NCBI RefSeq assembly: GCF_009914755.1 | Contig: NC_060934.1 | From: the human T2T-CHM13v2.0 reference genome, Homo sapiens | DNA length: 64,000 nucleotides | Direction: 5' to 3' (one strand) | Shown: positions 17,581 to 32,099 of the stretch, piece by piece | How the letters are laid out: each line of letters begins with the position of its first letter | Numbering within the stretch: the stretch's first letter is position 1 | The notes under the pieces: generated by a model | The model's input: only the letters and a program-made list of their open reading frames with translations | Told to the model about the DNA's origin: nothing | The model's database searches: none | Translations under genes and position numbers: made by a program

Positions 17581-18414
17581 CATAAATAAATGCTGGGTAA
17601 GTAATTGTCTCATTCTGCAAGAATAAGCAGAGCAAGGAAAATCACTAGAATTGAGCTACTGCAGTTCAAAACTATAGGGACACCTGGAGGAGGCAGAGAA
17701 CACAGCTACCAGACAGTTTTTAATTACTTTTTTAAAAACTTTCTTTGTATGCATGGAATTCCTTAGAAAACTTATACATTGTTAGCTCTGAAATATCTTT
17801 CTCCAGTCAATTATGGCTTTCATTCTTCATCTGATGAATAAAGACATTGAAGTATTTCAAGGTAAAATTGCTTGTTTGCCAAATGTACATTTTAGCAACA
17901 GCACTGTTGCCTTTATCTGAAGAACAGTTTTTTCCAGTTATTTGAAAACTTAATTTCATTTTGACCTGATTTATTGAAAAAGTAGAAAGAGAAAAAAATA
18001 AAAATGAAGTTATCAGTCAAAAGTAGCACAAATATAACATAATCAAATTCAGACAAGGATGGAAACTATTGTGTGTCTAATGAGATGAGTCTTTAAAATC
18101 CATCAGTCATTTGGACAAACATGGTCAGCTCATGCAAAAAATGGTGCAAAAGCCTAAGTTTAAAAATTAATAATTAGATATAATATGTTTAAAATGTGTC
18201 TTGGAAATTTGTGACTAAAGGCTAGTGTCATGAGAAATTTTAAATCATATATTTGGCTCTCTGAGAATGTATAAAATATAAGGCCTTTTCAAATTATACA
18301 TATTTAACTAGTACATGTTTTCAGGAATGCATTATGGATGAAATTAAGGAGCTCTGTCAAATTCAAGGAAGCAGAAAAAAATAGAAAATATTCATTTTAG
18401 GCAATGATTGAGTG

Positions 18415-18780
18415 TAAATAGTGTATTTGGGACAGAATGCCAGGAAACACTGAAAGCACTATAAAGAAGTAAGACGGGGAAGCCAAAAAGTATGTGCAAT
18501 CAGGTACAGCACCCCTGCACTCACCTGGGGCTTGATCACGTTGGTGAACTCTGCAAACCAGTATACAGGTGCCTCAGGGCTCTCCCATGTGAGGAGCAGG
18601 AGCTGGATACTCACCCACTAATCAAACTATACAGTCATTGCTTGAGGACTTCTGCCAGGAAGCATTCTTCCCTTGGCACTTACAGCCTGCTCTAGCCACA
18701 GGGGATGGCAAATAGAACCCCCACTCTCTAAGTCAAGGAGTCACATGTACCAGCAATTGGATAAGAGAGAGCATCTGCTA
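18415..18780. mobile_element. Ancient ERVL-type LTR remnant (LTR40/41-like)
   Basis: gcctcagggctctcccatgtgaggagcaggagctggatactcacccact...cattgcttgaggact resembles these LTRs as recalled. Confidence 0.4.
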
Positions 18781-18806
18781 AAAGGGTGTTTTGAAATAAA
18801 ACAGAG

Positions 18807-19019
18807 CAGGGGTCAGCAAACATTTTTTTTCTTGTAAAGGACCAGATGGTAGATATTTTAAGCTTTGTGTGTCACATATGGTCTTTGTCACGTATTTTTC
18901 TTTTTCTTCTTCTTCCTTTTTTTGGGGTAACTCTTTAAAAATGTAAAAACATTTTTAGCTCACAAAAAAACAGGTGCTGTAACAAATTTGAGCTACAGAT
19001 TTTAGATTGTAGACGGCTG
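18807..19019. mobile_element. MER58-type hAT MITE
   Basis: caggggtcagcaaac...gtaaaggaccagatggtagatattttaagctttgtg is a MER58 start. Confidence 0.8.
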
Positions 19020-21297
19020 AAATAAAGGATTTTTTTAAAAACTAAAATTCAAACTTATTAGTTAAGTTGATAAATCAAAATGAAATATGTTCCAAGATAA
19101 AGACAATCTTTGAATAAAAAACTTTTATTGCATATTGCTTATATACTACACATAAATTAAATGATTACTGTAGAAAAACAACTGTGCTACCATAACAGAT
19201 GACCAAAAACAGATATAGTTCAGGCAAGAACAAACAAGGTAAAGTTGAAGGATTTAAAGAATGAAAGTTATTTTGTATTAGTAAAAGTAGCAATGTTATG
19301 TAAATGTACAAAAATGTGAAACCTACAGAGAAAACATTGTAATGATATTCTTTCATTTAACAAGATATCAAAATACAAGAAAAAAAAAGCTGTGGAAAAT
19401 AAAGGAGAGAGGAACAGAAACACCATTAAAATGGTAGACTTATTTAGCATATCAGGTATTAACAAAATTTAAAAGTAAAATATATGGAGAAACAATCTTA
19501 TTAGATAAAAACTGTTATAAATTTTAGTGCATAGTTACAAATTTTAAGAAATAGTAATTTATTTTCAGAGAATTAGCTAACTGTGATTCTTAGCTCTAGT
19601 CTGTATGGTGAGTTAATCATTCAACATCTGACTCCTATGGGTCTTCTAGCACTCAGGGTGTGATATTCTGAAAACTTACCTGTCCTTAATAAATTTGGAA
19701 GGCTTCACTGGTCCTCAAGTATCAGCATAGCAGTTATCAGTTACCAGTATAACAACCATCAGATGTAAAATTTTCTAACTTTCTATTCAAGCCAATGGGC
19801 TTTTTGCTTGAGCAAAGAGGATATATAGGTAAAGCCAGAAAACACATAGGTATTCTTTTTTTTAAGTCTCTTCATCTGCAGCATTAGACAGCAGGATACA
19901 TCCCCCTGTGTTTGAGGAATCATGGACCTCTTTTCCGCTTCTTCTAGCCTCCAATTCTCTCTTTTATCCACAAGAATTTCTCTTTATGTCTCTTCTAGTC
20001 TGCTTACAGAAAATTACTCTGTCCTAAATCATAGATGTTCAATACAGTCTCCCCACACTTTTAGAATTTTGAAATAAAAGCAGAGAAGAAAGCAGCATTC
20101 TTGCAGGCAACAGCTGTCTTTCCAACATTGTTCTTGCTATTACACCATCTTCCTGGTGTTCAAACACTATTAAATACATATAAACAAAACTATACAGGAT
20201 TAGAAGTAAATACAAAAGCAAACACAAACAAAATCAAAACTCTCAGGCCCTTGGAAATAAGAAGTTATTTTTGTAATTCTCCTGAATTAAGAATCCAATG
20301 TGAATTTTTTTTATTATTTCCAAAATAATGACTGTAAGAAAGCTACATATCAAAACATAGAGGGTATATCCAATGAAGTACACTGAGAAAAAATGTAGGA
20401 ACTTTTTCTAGGGCTTTGACATAGGCATTCTTTTTGATGTTGTATGGATTATAATGGAGCTAGAAAAACACTTTATTCTATAAATAGTATCCACTGTTAA
20501 GTAATATAAAAACCAAAAAAATGGCAAATTTAATACTTGGATTTTTTTCAAATAAAAATAATTTAATTTCTTAAAAAATACTTCTCTACCATGAAATACC
20601 ATGTAAGAAATATTACATAAAAACAGGAACGCACAAAAATTTTTATAAACCCAGTATCTGAGAAATTGCAGAACTTAACATGCTAAAAATTAGATTGTTC
20701 TCTTAAAGCTTTCTTCTAATTTTAATTATAAAAAATAGCAACTAATAAAGTGGGAAATATATAGATGGCAGACCAAGCAGATTTATCCAAACTATGTAAC
20801 TATTACAAATTTGCAAAAATAAGGCTGATAAGCCCAATGTAAATATTCAAAATAAGAGTTGAAATTGGTAATAAAATAATTTTAAAGCGTGTAAACTCCT
20901 TGGAATTACATTTAAACAAATTCAAACACCAACAATGTAATATTCCTCAAGTCAATACAAAATATTTAAAACACTGAGCATTTTCCATCAAGGGAGGATA
21001 TCAACACTCTCATACATTTATAGTGGTAATGTATAAGATCCTAAACTTCTTCTGAGGGCCAAATGGTAAGATATACGAATGGCCTTTAAATTATTTGACT
21101 TAATACTTTTAATTAGGACTATACTTCGTCCACAGGAAATAATCAGTGTTTCAAATAAAGACATGTGAACAAGTATATTTTGTATAAAATAATTGAAAAG
21201 GAGGAAATAAATGAAAATTCTGAGAAATGAGTAATAATAAAATAAATTGTAGGCAACTGCAGATCACAAAGAGGGCTAAAAAAAAAATCTTGAGTAC

Positions 21298-21762
21298 TGT
21301 GTTAGTTAAATTTATGTGTCAACTTGGCTAGGCTGTAGTGCCCAGTTGTTTGTTCAAATACCAGCCTAGATGTTGTTATGAAGGTACTTTTTACATGTGA
21401 TTAACATTTAAATCATGAAACTTAGAGTTAAACAGATTACCTTCCATAATGTTGGTGAGCTTCATCTAATCAATTGAAGGCCTTAAAGTGAGAAGACTGA
21501 AGTTTCCTTAAAAAGAAGGAATTTGGACTTAAGACTGCAACATAGTAACCTGGCCTGAGTTTCTAGCCTGCCTGGCCTGCTTTGCAGATTTCTGACTCAA
21601 GACTCCGACTTCCACCATCAGCTCTTACCTTAATTTCCACGCTGTAGACTTGTCCTACAGGTTTTGCCCCTGCCAGCCCCAGTGATATTTTAAGCCCATT
21701 CATTCTCTCTCTCTCTCTTTCTCTTATTGGTTCTGTTTCTCTGGAGAACACTGACTAATAGA
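21298..21762 (+). mobile_element. MLT2 (C/D-like) ERVL solo LTR
   Basis: tgtgttagttaaatttatgtgtcaacttggctaggct ... ttattggttctgtttctctggagaacactgactaata; 5-bp TSD agtac/ggtac. Confidence 0.9.
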
Positions 21763-23946
21763 GGTACAATAATTTTTTTTTGTTTTCCAAATAAAATATT
21801 ATGACTTTTGCTTCAAGCTGTGATAGAATAACTACTGCCAGATTTAACAATCATGGGATGACCATATGCAGACATTAGACAAAAAGCAACACGGAAATTC
21901 AATTCTGAACAAAGGAAAACTCATAACCTGAGCCTCTGGATTGCTGCCTGAGGACATTTTTCTGACTCTAAGCAGACATCACAAAAGGGAGACATGAGGG
22001 TTGAGACAGCTGAAGTGTGGAGCCTGGCAGACATAACACCATGAAGGATGGATTACTAGGAGACTGTGTAGTGATGTCTAGTGACTCTGTCAAAGATATA
22101 AGCTGTGCATGCCAAAAGGTGTGGCATTGAAAATGTAACAGAGAAAGGTTGAGTCGTGCTGGGGACGTTAATGGTCCAGTATATCTAGAGTAGAGAGACC
22201 TTATCAACTTTCCAGCATCTATCTGAGACGCCAGAAACGCCACAACCTAAAAGTAAGAACCATATTCTAAAATAAAGTCTACTGTAGACCTGTCCTAAAA
22301 GAGTCTAAGACTGACCCTAACAAGAGCTGATGAGTCGATAGAGTTTGGAGGATGAATCTTCCAAGTTAGATTGACTTAGAAAATAATTTGGGCTTTCTAC
22401 AGATCTGTCTCAACAAAGAGCAAAACACCACCACACACAAATTCAAGGTGATCAACCAGTAAATGAATGACCTATCAGATCAAAAACGAATACTCCTTTG
22501 AGGAAGACAACACAATCTTTAGTATCTACAATGAATAAGAATTAATGTCCAGTATAATACACACACACACACACATATATGACATGCATGGGGGTATAAA
22601 AACATAATAATGTAGAGTCCAGGAAAAAAAGCATATAGTAGAGACCAACCTGAAATGGCCAGGTGTTGAATTAGCAAACAAAAATGTTCAAGCAGCTATT
22701 AATTACAAATCTTTTCAAAGAACTAAGGGAATAAATAGTCAAAGAGCAAAAAAAAGTCAAAAATTTAATAAATGAACAGAGACTTGAAAAAAATATATAT
22801 ATAAAATAAAACCAAATGAAAATTATAGAACTAAAAGGTACAATAACAAAAATTAAAAATTTGCCAAATAGTCTTAAGAACTGTTTTAATATAGAAGAAG
22901 AAACAGTGAACTTGAGGATAAATCAATAGAATTATTTAATCTGAAAAACAGAAAAAGTGATTGAAGGATAATGAACAGGGTATTAGGGAACTGAGGCACA
23001 GCATCAAATGGTCTAACATGTTTGTAATAAAGATTCTAGAATAATAAGACAGCAAGAATAATATAAAAATTGAAATAATGGCTGAAAAATCTCTAAATTT
23101 GGTTATTAATATTTATTTACATACCCAAGAATCCCAGGATACATCAAGAAGGATAAATACGAAAACAACACAAACAAAAAACAAAAAAATACATGGTACA
23201 TCAAACTCATAGTGGTTAAAACCAAATATAAAAAGAAAATCTTAACAGTGATGAGTACAAAATAAAAATTATATACAGAGATCAATGATAATAATAAATA
23301 CTGATTTCTCATCATAAACAGTAAAAGCCAAAAGATACTGGTACAATAATTTTCAAGTGCTGAAAGAAAAAACAAGACAGAATTATCTAGTGACAATATC
23401 CTTCAAAAAGGAAGTATGACGTTAAGCTATTTTTAGATAAGCAAGAACTACTTTCAGATAAATTATCAGCATAGCTGAATTATGACAAATTCTAAAGTAT
23501 ATTTTTCAGGCTTAAGGCAAGTGATACCAGATGGAAACTTCGACCTATAGGAAGAAAAAAACACAATCAGAATGATAAGTATAAATATAAAGTATTGTTT
23601 ATATCCTAAATTTCTGAAAGAACTACAGCTATAATGCAAAAATAATAACATTTTAGAAATAAACATTTAGAAATAAAACATACATCAACAATTACCCAAA
23701 TGAAGAAGGTGGACAAATGCAAAAATAATGCAGTATAATTATTGTATTTGTGAAGTAGCAAATGTCAAGTATAGAGTGAGATGTTGAATGTGTACTGTAC
23801 AATGTAATGTAAAAAGTGTGAGTCAGGTATGAACTCATACAGTATTGACTCTAAATAGACTTTAATATGTTAAGAATTCATGTTTTTAGCTCTAGAGAAA
23901 CCATAAAAAGTAACATGGCTAAGAATGTAATAAAGAAAATAAAATA

Positions 23947-24249
23947 GGCCGGGCGCGGTGGCTCAAGCCTGTAATCCCAGCACTTTGGGAGGCCGAGGTG
24001 GGCAGATCATGAGGTCAGGAGATTGAGACCATCCTGGCCAACATGGTGAAACCCCGTCTCTACTAAAAACACAAAAATTAGCGTGGCTGCGTGTGCCTGT
24101 AATCCCAGCTACTAGGGAGGCTGACGCAGGAGAATCGCTTGAACACGGGAGGCAGAGTTGCAGTGAGCCGAGATTGAGCAACTGCACTCCAGCCTGGCAA
24201 CAGCTAGACTCCGTCTCAAAAAAAAAGAAAAGAAAGAGAAGAAAAGAAA
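23947..24249 (+). mobile_element. AluSc-like
   Basis: gagattgagaccatcctggccaacatgg and cctggcaacag diagnostics; A-rich tail. Confidence 0.92.
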
Positions 24250-25775
24250 TGGAATACTGAAAGTATTTGATTAACCCAAAATAAGTCAGAAAAGAGCAAC
24301 AGAGAAAGAAAAATTAGAAAGGGCACATGGGAAACACATAGCAAGATGGTAGACATAAATTCAACCACATCAATAATTACATCAAATGACAGTGTTAACT
24401 AAAATACAGAGATGAAAAAGACTCAATATTTCCCTTTCTTTAAAGACAAATAGTCTGAAAGTAGGAGAGTAGAAGGATATAGAATGTAAACACTACACAT
24501 AGGAAAGCTGGTATAGGTGTGTCAATATCAGACACATTAAACTTCAGGGCAGAGAATTATAAGAGCTAAAGAAAAACTTTTCACAATGATAAAAAAACAA
24601 ATCATCAGAAGGATGTAGTAATCCTAAATCTGTGTACACCTAATAAGACTATGTTTTCTGACCATAATTAAATTTCATTAGAAACCATTAATAATAATAC
24701 ATATATAAAATGGCAAAATATTTAAAATTATATTTTTACAAATTAAAAATAAGTGTATCATAAAATAAATAACAAAAGCAATTAGAAAAAATGTTAAAAA
24801 GATAATGGATGTGTATCATATCAAACTTAATTTGATGCAGTAAAAGAAATCTTAATTTGAAGATGTAGGTTAAATTTTTAGATTTAAAACTAATAATCTA
24901 GGTTTACCCATTAAGAATCTGAGAAGAAAAAGCACAAATTAAATTGAAGATAAGAAGAAGAAAATAATTAATACTGGGTAGAGCATAAATTAATGAAACA
25001 GAAAACAGACAAGCAAAAAAATTAGCAAAGTCCTAATTTTTAAAAAAGATTAATACAATTTATCAAAATTTAGAAGGACTGATCAAGAAAAAATATGAAC
25101 TACCCATACCCAAAACAAGCAAAAAAAAAATTACTCCAGATTCTATATCTAATAAGAGGATAATAATGAACATCATTTTACGCTTAGAAAATTTTATGAA
25201 ATAAAAAATTCTTTAAAAAATGCCAGCTACCAAAGTTAACACAAGAAGCAATAGAAAATTAAAATAGCTCTATATCTATTAAAAAATTTATAATCAAAAT
25301 TTTTGACACACACATAGATGGACACACACATGAACACAACAAAACTCTAGGCCCAGATGGTTTTGTTGGTTAATTCTATTAAGTATTTGAGAAAAATATA
25401 ATATCAGTCTTATGCAATGTTTCTCAGAAAGTAGAGAAGGAGAGAACACTTCTCCAATCACTTTATAAAGGCAGCACAATCCTAATACCAAAAACTGAGA
25501 GACATTATGACATTTTTAATTATAGGCCACTATTAGTCATGATAATAGATTTAAAAATTCACATCAAATACAGTACTAGCAAATAAGTATACACTTATAT
25601 AAAAAGCATACTTCAAAATGATCAAGTAAGGTAAACTTAATAATGCAAGGTTGGTTCAACATTTGAAAATTAAGCAATATGATTTGCCACATTAACATAA
25701 AAAAGAAGAAAAATTATGTAATTATTTAATAGAGGCAGAAATTTAAAATCCAACATGATTAAGAAACTTTCAGCA

Positions 25776-26090
25776 GGCCGGGCATGGTGGCTCACACATG
25801 TAATCTCAGCACTTCAGGAGGCCAGGGTAGGCGGGTCACCTGAGGTCAGGAGTTCCAGACCAGCCTGGCCAACATGGTGAAACCCCGTCTCTACTAAAAA
25901 TAAAAAATTAGACGGGCATAATGGTGGGCGCCTGTAATTCCAGCTACTCAGGAGGCTGAGGCAGGAGAATCGCTTGAACCTAGGGGGCAGATGCTCAAGG
26001 GATCCAAGATCACGCCACCACACTCCAGCCTGGGCGACAGAGTGAGACTCTGTCTCAAATAAAAAACAAACAAACAACAACAACAACAAC
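25776..26090 (+). mobile_element. AluS (Sx/Sz-like) with (CAA)n tail
   Basis: Full dimer; TSD aagaaactttcagca (25761-25775) / aaaaattttcagca (26091-26104). Confidence 0.95.
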
Positions 26091-26339
26091 AAAAATTTTC
26101 AGCAAATTAGTAATAATAGAAGGCATCTTCCTCAACTTAATAGTGGCATTTACAAAATACCTATAGATAATATTCTATTTGATCTTTAAAATGGAATGTT
26201 TTATTCATGATAGCTCTAAATTAACCATCTACAGGTGAATAATGAAATGGAGATATATCCATACAACAATGTAAGTCAGGAATAAAATAATGTACACACA
26301 CATACACACATACACATACATACAGCCACACATGGTTGA

Positions 26340-26607
<268 letters not shown>

Positions 26608-28288
26608 GGTTGAATCTTAAAAAGAGCATGCTGAGCCAAAGAAACAACATAAAAGTACTTACAGTATGGTTTGATTTATATAAAATGGTAGAATTTGCAA
26701 AACTAACATATAAAACTCATGTATGCTTAATTCATAAATATACATAAAATATTCATAGTTAATGTATGAAACTAATGTATAGATTTAGAAATCGGTAGTT
26801 GTCCAAGGCATAAATTAGGGATGATTGCATGCGAAGCCATAAGGTAACTCTCTGGGGTAATTGAAGTGCTCTGTATCTTGAAGAAGCTATGTTTAACGAA
26901 TTAAAATTTGTTAAATTTTAATTAAAAATTAATTAAAAATTAAAAATTTAGATTTTAATTAAATTAAGTAAAAATTAACACTTTTCAGTACTCAGACTAT
27001 CCATTTGAATGGATCTCTTATTACATAAATTATACCTTGATAATATTAATTAAAATGTATAACATTAAATAAGATGTAAGATATGGAATAACTTATTCTT
27101 TCTGGTTAAAATTCTATAAGATAGATGATAGAGATGATAAATGTCAAAGAGTGAGTAAAAAGGAATACAACATTATATTAACTATGATATGACGGGGATT
27201 TCTGGTAATTTTCATGCCTTTGTAATTGACAAACTTACTGTAATTAATGAACTTGCAAACAATGAGTATATATTACATTTGGTCGGTTTTATTTAAACTG
27301 TATAAAAAGAAAAAATATATAATGTATGATACAGAATAGATTTTTAAGATGTGTTTTTAAAATTTCTATGAGCTCTTTCTTTCCTTTTGTATATTCTCTT
27401 TTACCAGCTCACTATTTCCAGTCTCTTATTCATTTACTTCTGTTTTTCCTTTTCCCCATTATATTACACACCAATTCTTCTATATCTAGATATGACAATA
27501 TGTGATGAAAGTCTTTTCCTCAATTTAATTCAAGGCAGTACAACAAATCTCCAAGGAACTAATTATCAAGTTTGCATAATATTGAAGCTAACACAGCCAT
27601 ACACAAACACAAAATGATAAAAAAATAGAATATATCTCCACTTTAATTGCTTTTTTTCATTTCTCATGACCTTAGCTCAGCCAGGATCCCAGTTTTTATA
27701 TGCCTCATGGGATATAAAAATCTGTCTATCCTGAGAAACACTTTGGCTATGGACCACAATGGCCAACAAATACTTGAGGGAGCTTCTCAGAAGCAGGGCT
27801 AGAAGAAAGCACCATTGGCACAAACACAGTCACTGGCCAAATCCTTCTGCTGTGTTCTCTTTAGGAGGCCAGCTGGGAAGGCTCCCCTTTCCTCAGCTGG
27901 CTTCTAGGAAAGAAAGACTTTTGTTTGTGATATTTCCTATGAGAGTCTAGGAACTCAGTCCATCTATCCTGGCAGAGATCTTGTTTCCTGAGAAGGAAAA
28001 GACAATAATGAGCACACTGGTTTGTGGCAGGTTCACTACTGGTTAATATTGAGAGGTAACCAACAGTGGAAAACAACTGCAAAAATACTTTCCCTTTATA
28101 AAGTATTTTCTCACTGAAGTTTGTATAATCCTCCACTCAGGAAGGTGTTACTAAATGAACACGGAAACGCATAAAGACTAGAAAGGAAGTCATCTTCATC
28201 TGCCAGCAGCTTCAAGGTTGAGGTATAGAGTTCATCAGAAAGGAATAAAAACTATTACCAGAATTCAAAATAAAAGTTACAAAAGTTA

Positions 28289-28519
<231 letters not shown>

Positions 28520-28774
28520 TTAAAATGTCAATATAAGATTAATTGCATTTCTATATATGCAAAAAAAAGTGATAAAAATAGTACCTTTTAATGGTATAAG
28601 AAAACTAAATCATTTGCTTAGGAATAAATTTAGCAAACTATGTGAAATATCTATACACTAAAACCATGAAAGCATTGTCAAGAGTAATTGAAGATCTAAA
28701 AAATGGGAAGAGATAGTAAGCTAATGGAATGGAAGACTGAATATTGCTAAGATTTTTCCCACATTGATCTAAAG

Positions 28775-28998
28775 CCTGTGTTCTCAACAGTAGCAATACC
28801 ACCTCTCAAAGGAGAAAATTGGTTCTCAGGGGGCAAAAACCCTTAGATATTACAATGCTTGTCACTTTCCAAAACTCATCCCTGCCTGATAAATTTTTTT
28901 TCCTTATTTTTTAATTTATCTGGTTAAAGATAATTTAAACAATTTATTTTTCCTCATGGGGCAAGGTGACAATAATAATAATAAAGTTGAGAAACAGC
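28775..28998. mobile_element. hAT-Charlie MITE (MER112-like) inserted in L1M
   Basis: Terminal inverted repeats ctgtgttctcaac ... gttgagaaacag; L1 text resumes on both sides. Confidence 0.55.
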
Positions 28999-29299
28999 AA
29001 TCGAAAAATTTAATATACTCCCAGCCAAAATTCTGGCAGCTTTTTGATAAATCAAAAAAAAAGTCATAAAAGAATAAGAAATCTGGAGGTCTCAAGACAG
29101 TTGTATTGGACTAAGGGTTAAAAAAATAGAATAATAGAACAGATTAGAGGGTATAAGATATGACATGTGTGTTATGTGTGAAGCACCCCTACAACATAAA
29201 AATAGACAAAGTATCCAATATCTAACTAAAATAAGGAAGACTTTAAACAGATACTTTACAAATAAGATTCTCTAAAGGACATGATAAAATGTTCAACCT

Positions 29300-29622
<323 letters not shown>

Positions 29623-30118
29623 TCAGCAAGAAAATATAAAATAAACCACAGTGTGATACCACCACGTACTCCCTAGACTGACTATTATGGATAATTCCAA
29701 TTGTTAGCAAAGGTGGGAATCAATTTATAGGCTCATGAATTACTGTTTGGAAAGCTTTTACAAATGTTTTGGAAAACGGTTGGTGTTTTCTTAGAAAGTT
29801 TAACATATGCTTACTACACAATTCAGTAATTCCAGACTTAGGGATTTTCCTAAAAGAAATGAAAACATAGTCACAAAAGGATCTATATAAGAATGTCCAC
29901 ATTCTATTAATATTTTCCCAAAGCTGTGATAAGCGCATGTGTCCATGAACAAGGAAATGGATTTTAAAATGCTGTAACATATTCATATAGTGGAATCCTA
30001 TAGAGTAGTAAAAGAAACCAAATTAATAATACATGAATCAGCATTATGCTGAGTGAAAGAAACTTTAAACAAAAGATTCCCTTTGTATGACACTGCATCA
30101 TTCCCTTTATATAGCATT

Positions 30119-30326
30119 CAACAACAACAACAACAACAACAACAAAAATACAAAAATTAGCCAGGCTTGGTGGCACATGCCTATAATCCCAGCTATTCAG
30201 GAGGCTAAGGCAGGAGAGTTGCTTGAGTCCAGGCAGTGGAGGTTGCAGTGAGCCAAGATTGCACCACTGCACTCCAGCCTGGGCGACAGTGAGACTCCAT
30301 CTCAAAAAACAAAAACAAACAAAAAA
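30119..30326 (+). mobile_element. Alu right arm only, preceded by (CAA)n
   Basis: (CAA)n, then linker aaaaatacaaaaattagcc and the right monomer to gagactccatctcaaaa. Confidence 0.9.
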
Positions 30327-30818
30327 CCATGGTAATAAAGAGCAGACAATGGTTGCATCTGGGAAATGGGATTGATGGGAAAAAAGGATAAAAAAGGTTT
30401 TTTGAGCTGATTACCTAGTACTTACAAGGATGCATATATTTGGAATAACTTACTGAAATGTACACTTAAAATCTGTGTCTTTTATGTAAATTGAGTCAAC
30501 TTCAAACATTAAAACCTATATAAAATAGAACAGAATTGGAACCTAAAAATCAAAATGCACAGGAAAAATATATTAAAGAACAATAATAAAAGCATAGGGT
30601 TCTGGGATGCACACATGTATGATAAAACAAGACTAAAGCATAGGCTTTTGGTATGCATACATGTGTGGTAAAACAAAAGCACTGCAAGGAAATGATTAAC
30701 TAAAAGTGAAGAGAATATTTGCTTAAGGAGAATGGAGGGCTTTACAAGGCATTTTGCAGGGATTCTGGAGTAGCTAGCAATAGTTCTTGACTTAATTGGT
30801 CAGTTGGTAATAAAGATG

Positions 30819-31211
30819 TGTTAACAAAAAATTTAAGTAGGAGATCATTAGGCTAAGACAACTTCAGTGTTTTGGGTTTCTACGTGAGAAAACTGAAGCC
30901 CGGTGTAAGCAATGTAATGAAACTTAAGCTTAATCAATCATAAACTGACAATTAACCTCTCTCTAATTAGGCACCAGATCATACTCCAATAAGGCAAATG
31001 CTCAAATAAGGCAAATTATAGCCAATTAATGCTCAAATAAGGCAAACTGTAGCCAATCAAGTAATTTCTTTGCTTCCGTGTTCAGTGTGTCATGCTGCTA
31101 AAGCAGAGCTCTCTGAACCTCTTGTTGTTCTAAGTGCTGCCCAATCCATGAATCATTTTTACTCAGATAAACTCTGCTACATTTAATTTGTCTAAAGGTT
31201 TTCTTGTAACA
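30819..31211 (+). mobile_element. ERV1 solo LTR (LTR54/MER57-group-like)
   Basis: TG...CA termini (tgttaaca...tgtaaca); 3' end gctgcccaatccatgaatc...ataaactctgctacatttaatttgtctaaagg; 4-bp TSD gatg/gttg. Confidence 0.8.
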
Positions 31212-31339
31212 GTTGTTAGCCTCCTAATAATTAAGCTGTGAAGGCAATTGATAGACATTTTTGTATCTACATTTTATTTTAAAATAAGGAGATGAAACAA
31301 ATTTAAAAATTGAAAAAGAGAAACTTCTTTACATATCAT

Positions 31340-31910
31340 GTTTGAAGACATCTCAAAAAGTGTCAGATTTAAGATTAGACTCGAAGGATGAGAGTGAGCC
31401 ATACCTTCGAAGAATATGAAAAGATAAGAATAAATGGATGTGGGAAAACTGAAAGCAGGTCACTATTGCTGCAGCAGGATGAAGTTGGGGGATAATGCCA
31501 TGAAATTAAGTTGGTAATAAATATATGAGCCACAACCTGCAGAGAGTTGTAGGTTCAAGTAAGGAGCTTGAGTTTTATTATACAAGAATTAAGAAATCAT
31601 TGAAGAGTTGAAAATGTAGAGAAGCATTTTTCTATCAACATATTTAGGAGATTATTGTGACTATTGTGTAGAAATTTATTTAAAGTAAAGTAAGAATGGA
31701 AATAGGGAGACAAGTTAGGATGACAGCAAAGTAGTCCAGGTTAGAGAAAAAACGCTCAGACCTGAATGGTGACAGTGGAGATATGGAGAAGTGAATGTCT
31801 TTAAGGTGTTTGGCTAAGTGGGTAAGAAAAAGTGAGATACTAGTGATCTTGATTCGTTTCCATCAAGACTAAGTAGATGATGGTGTCACATATTAAGATG
31901 GGGGCAGATT
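31340..31910 (-). mobile_element. L2 LINE fragment
   Basis: gtaaggagcttgagttttatt, gcaaagtagtccaggttagag, ggtgacagtggagatatggagaag are antisense L2 motifs. Confidence 0.7.
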
Positions 31911-32099
31911 GATGTAGGAAAAAGTTCTGGAAAGTTTTTGTTCCTTTCCTAGGAAGGAAAATTCATAGCTAATTTTAGGAGATCAGAAATCAACACTCCT
32001 ACCAAAAATCTGGAGGCTTATCTCCACTCCCTACTCTTGCATTCCTCATTGTGACAAGATTTTCTCTTCTCTGCCGTTAACACTCACTTCTCAGACTAA

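Noticed and set aside
26890-26985. AT-only quasi-palindromic tract
   Set aside because: Low-complexity expansion within an L1M 3'UTR; no long perfect stem
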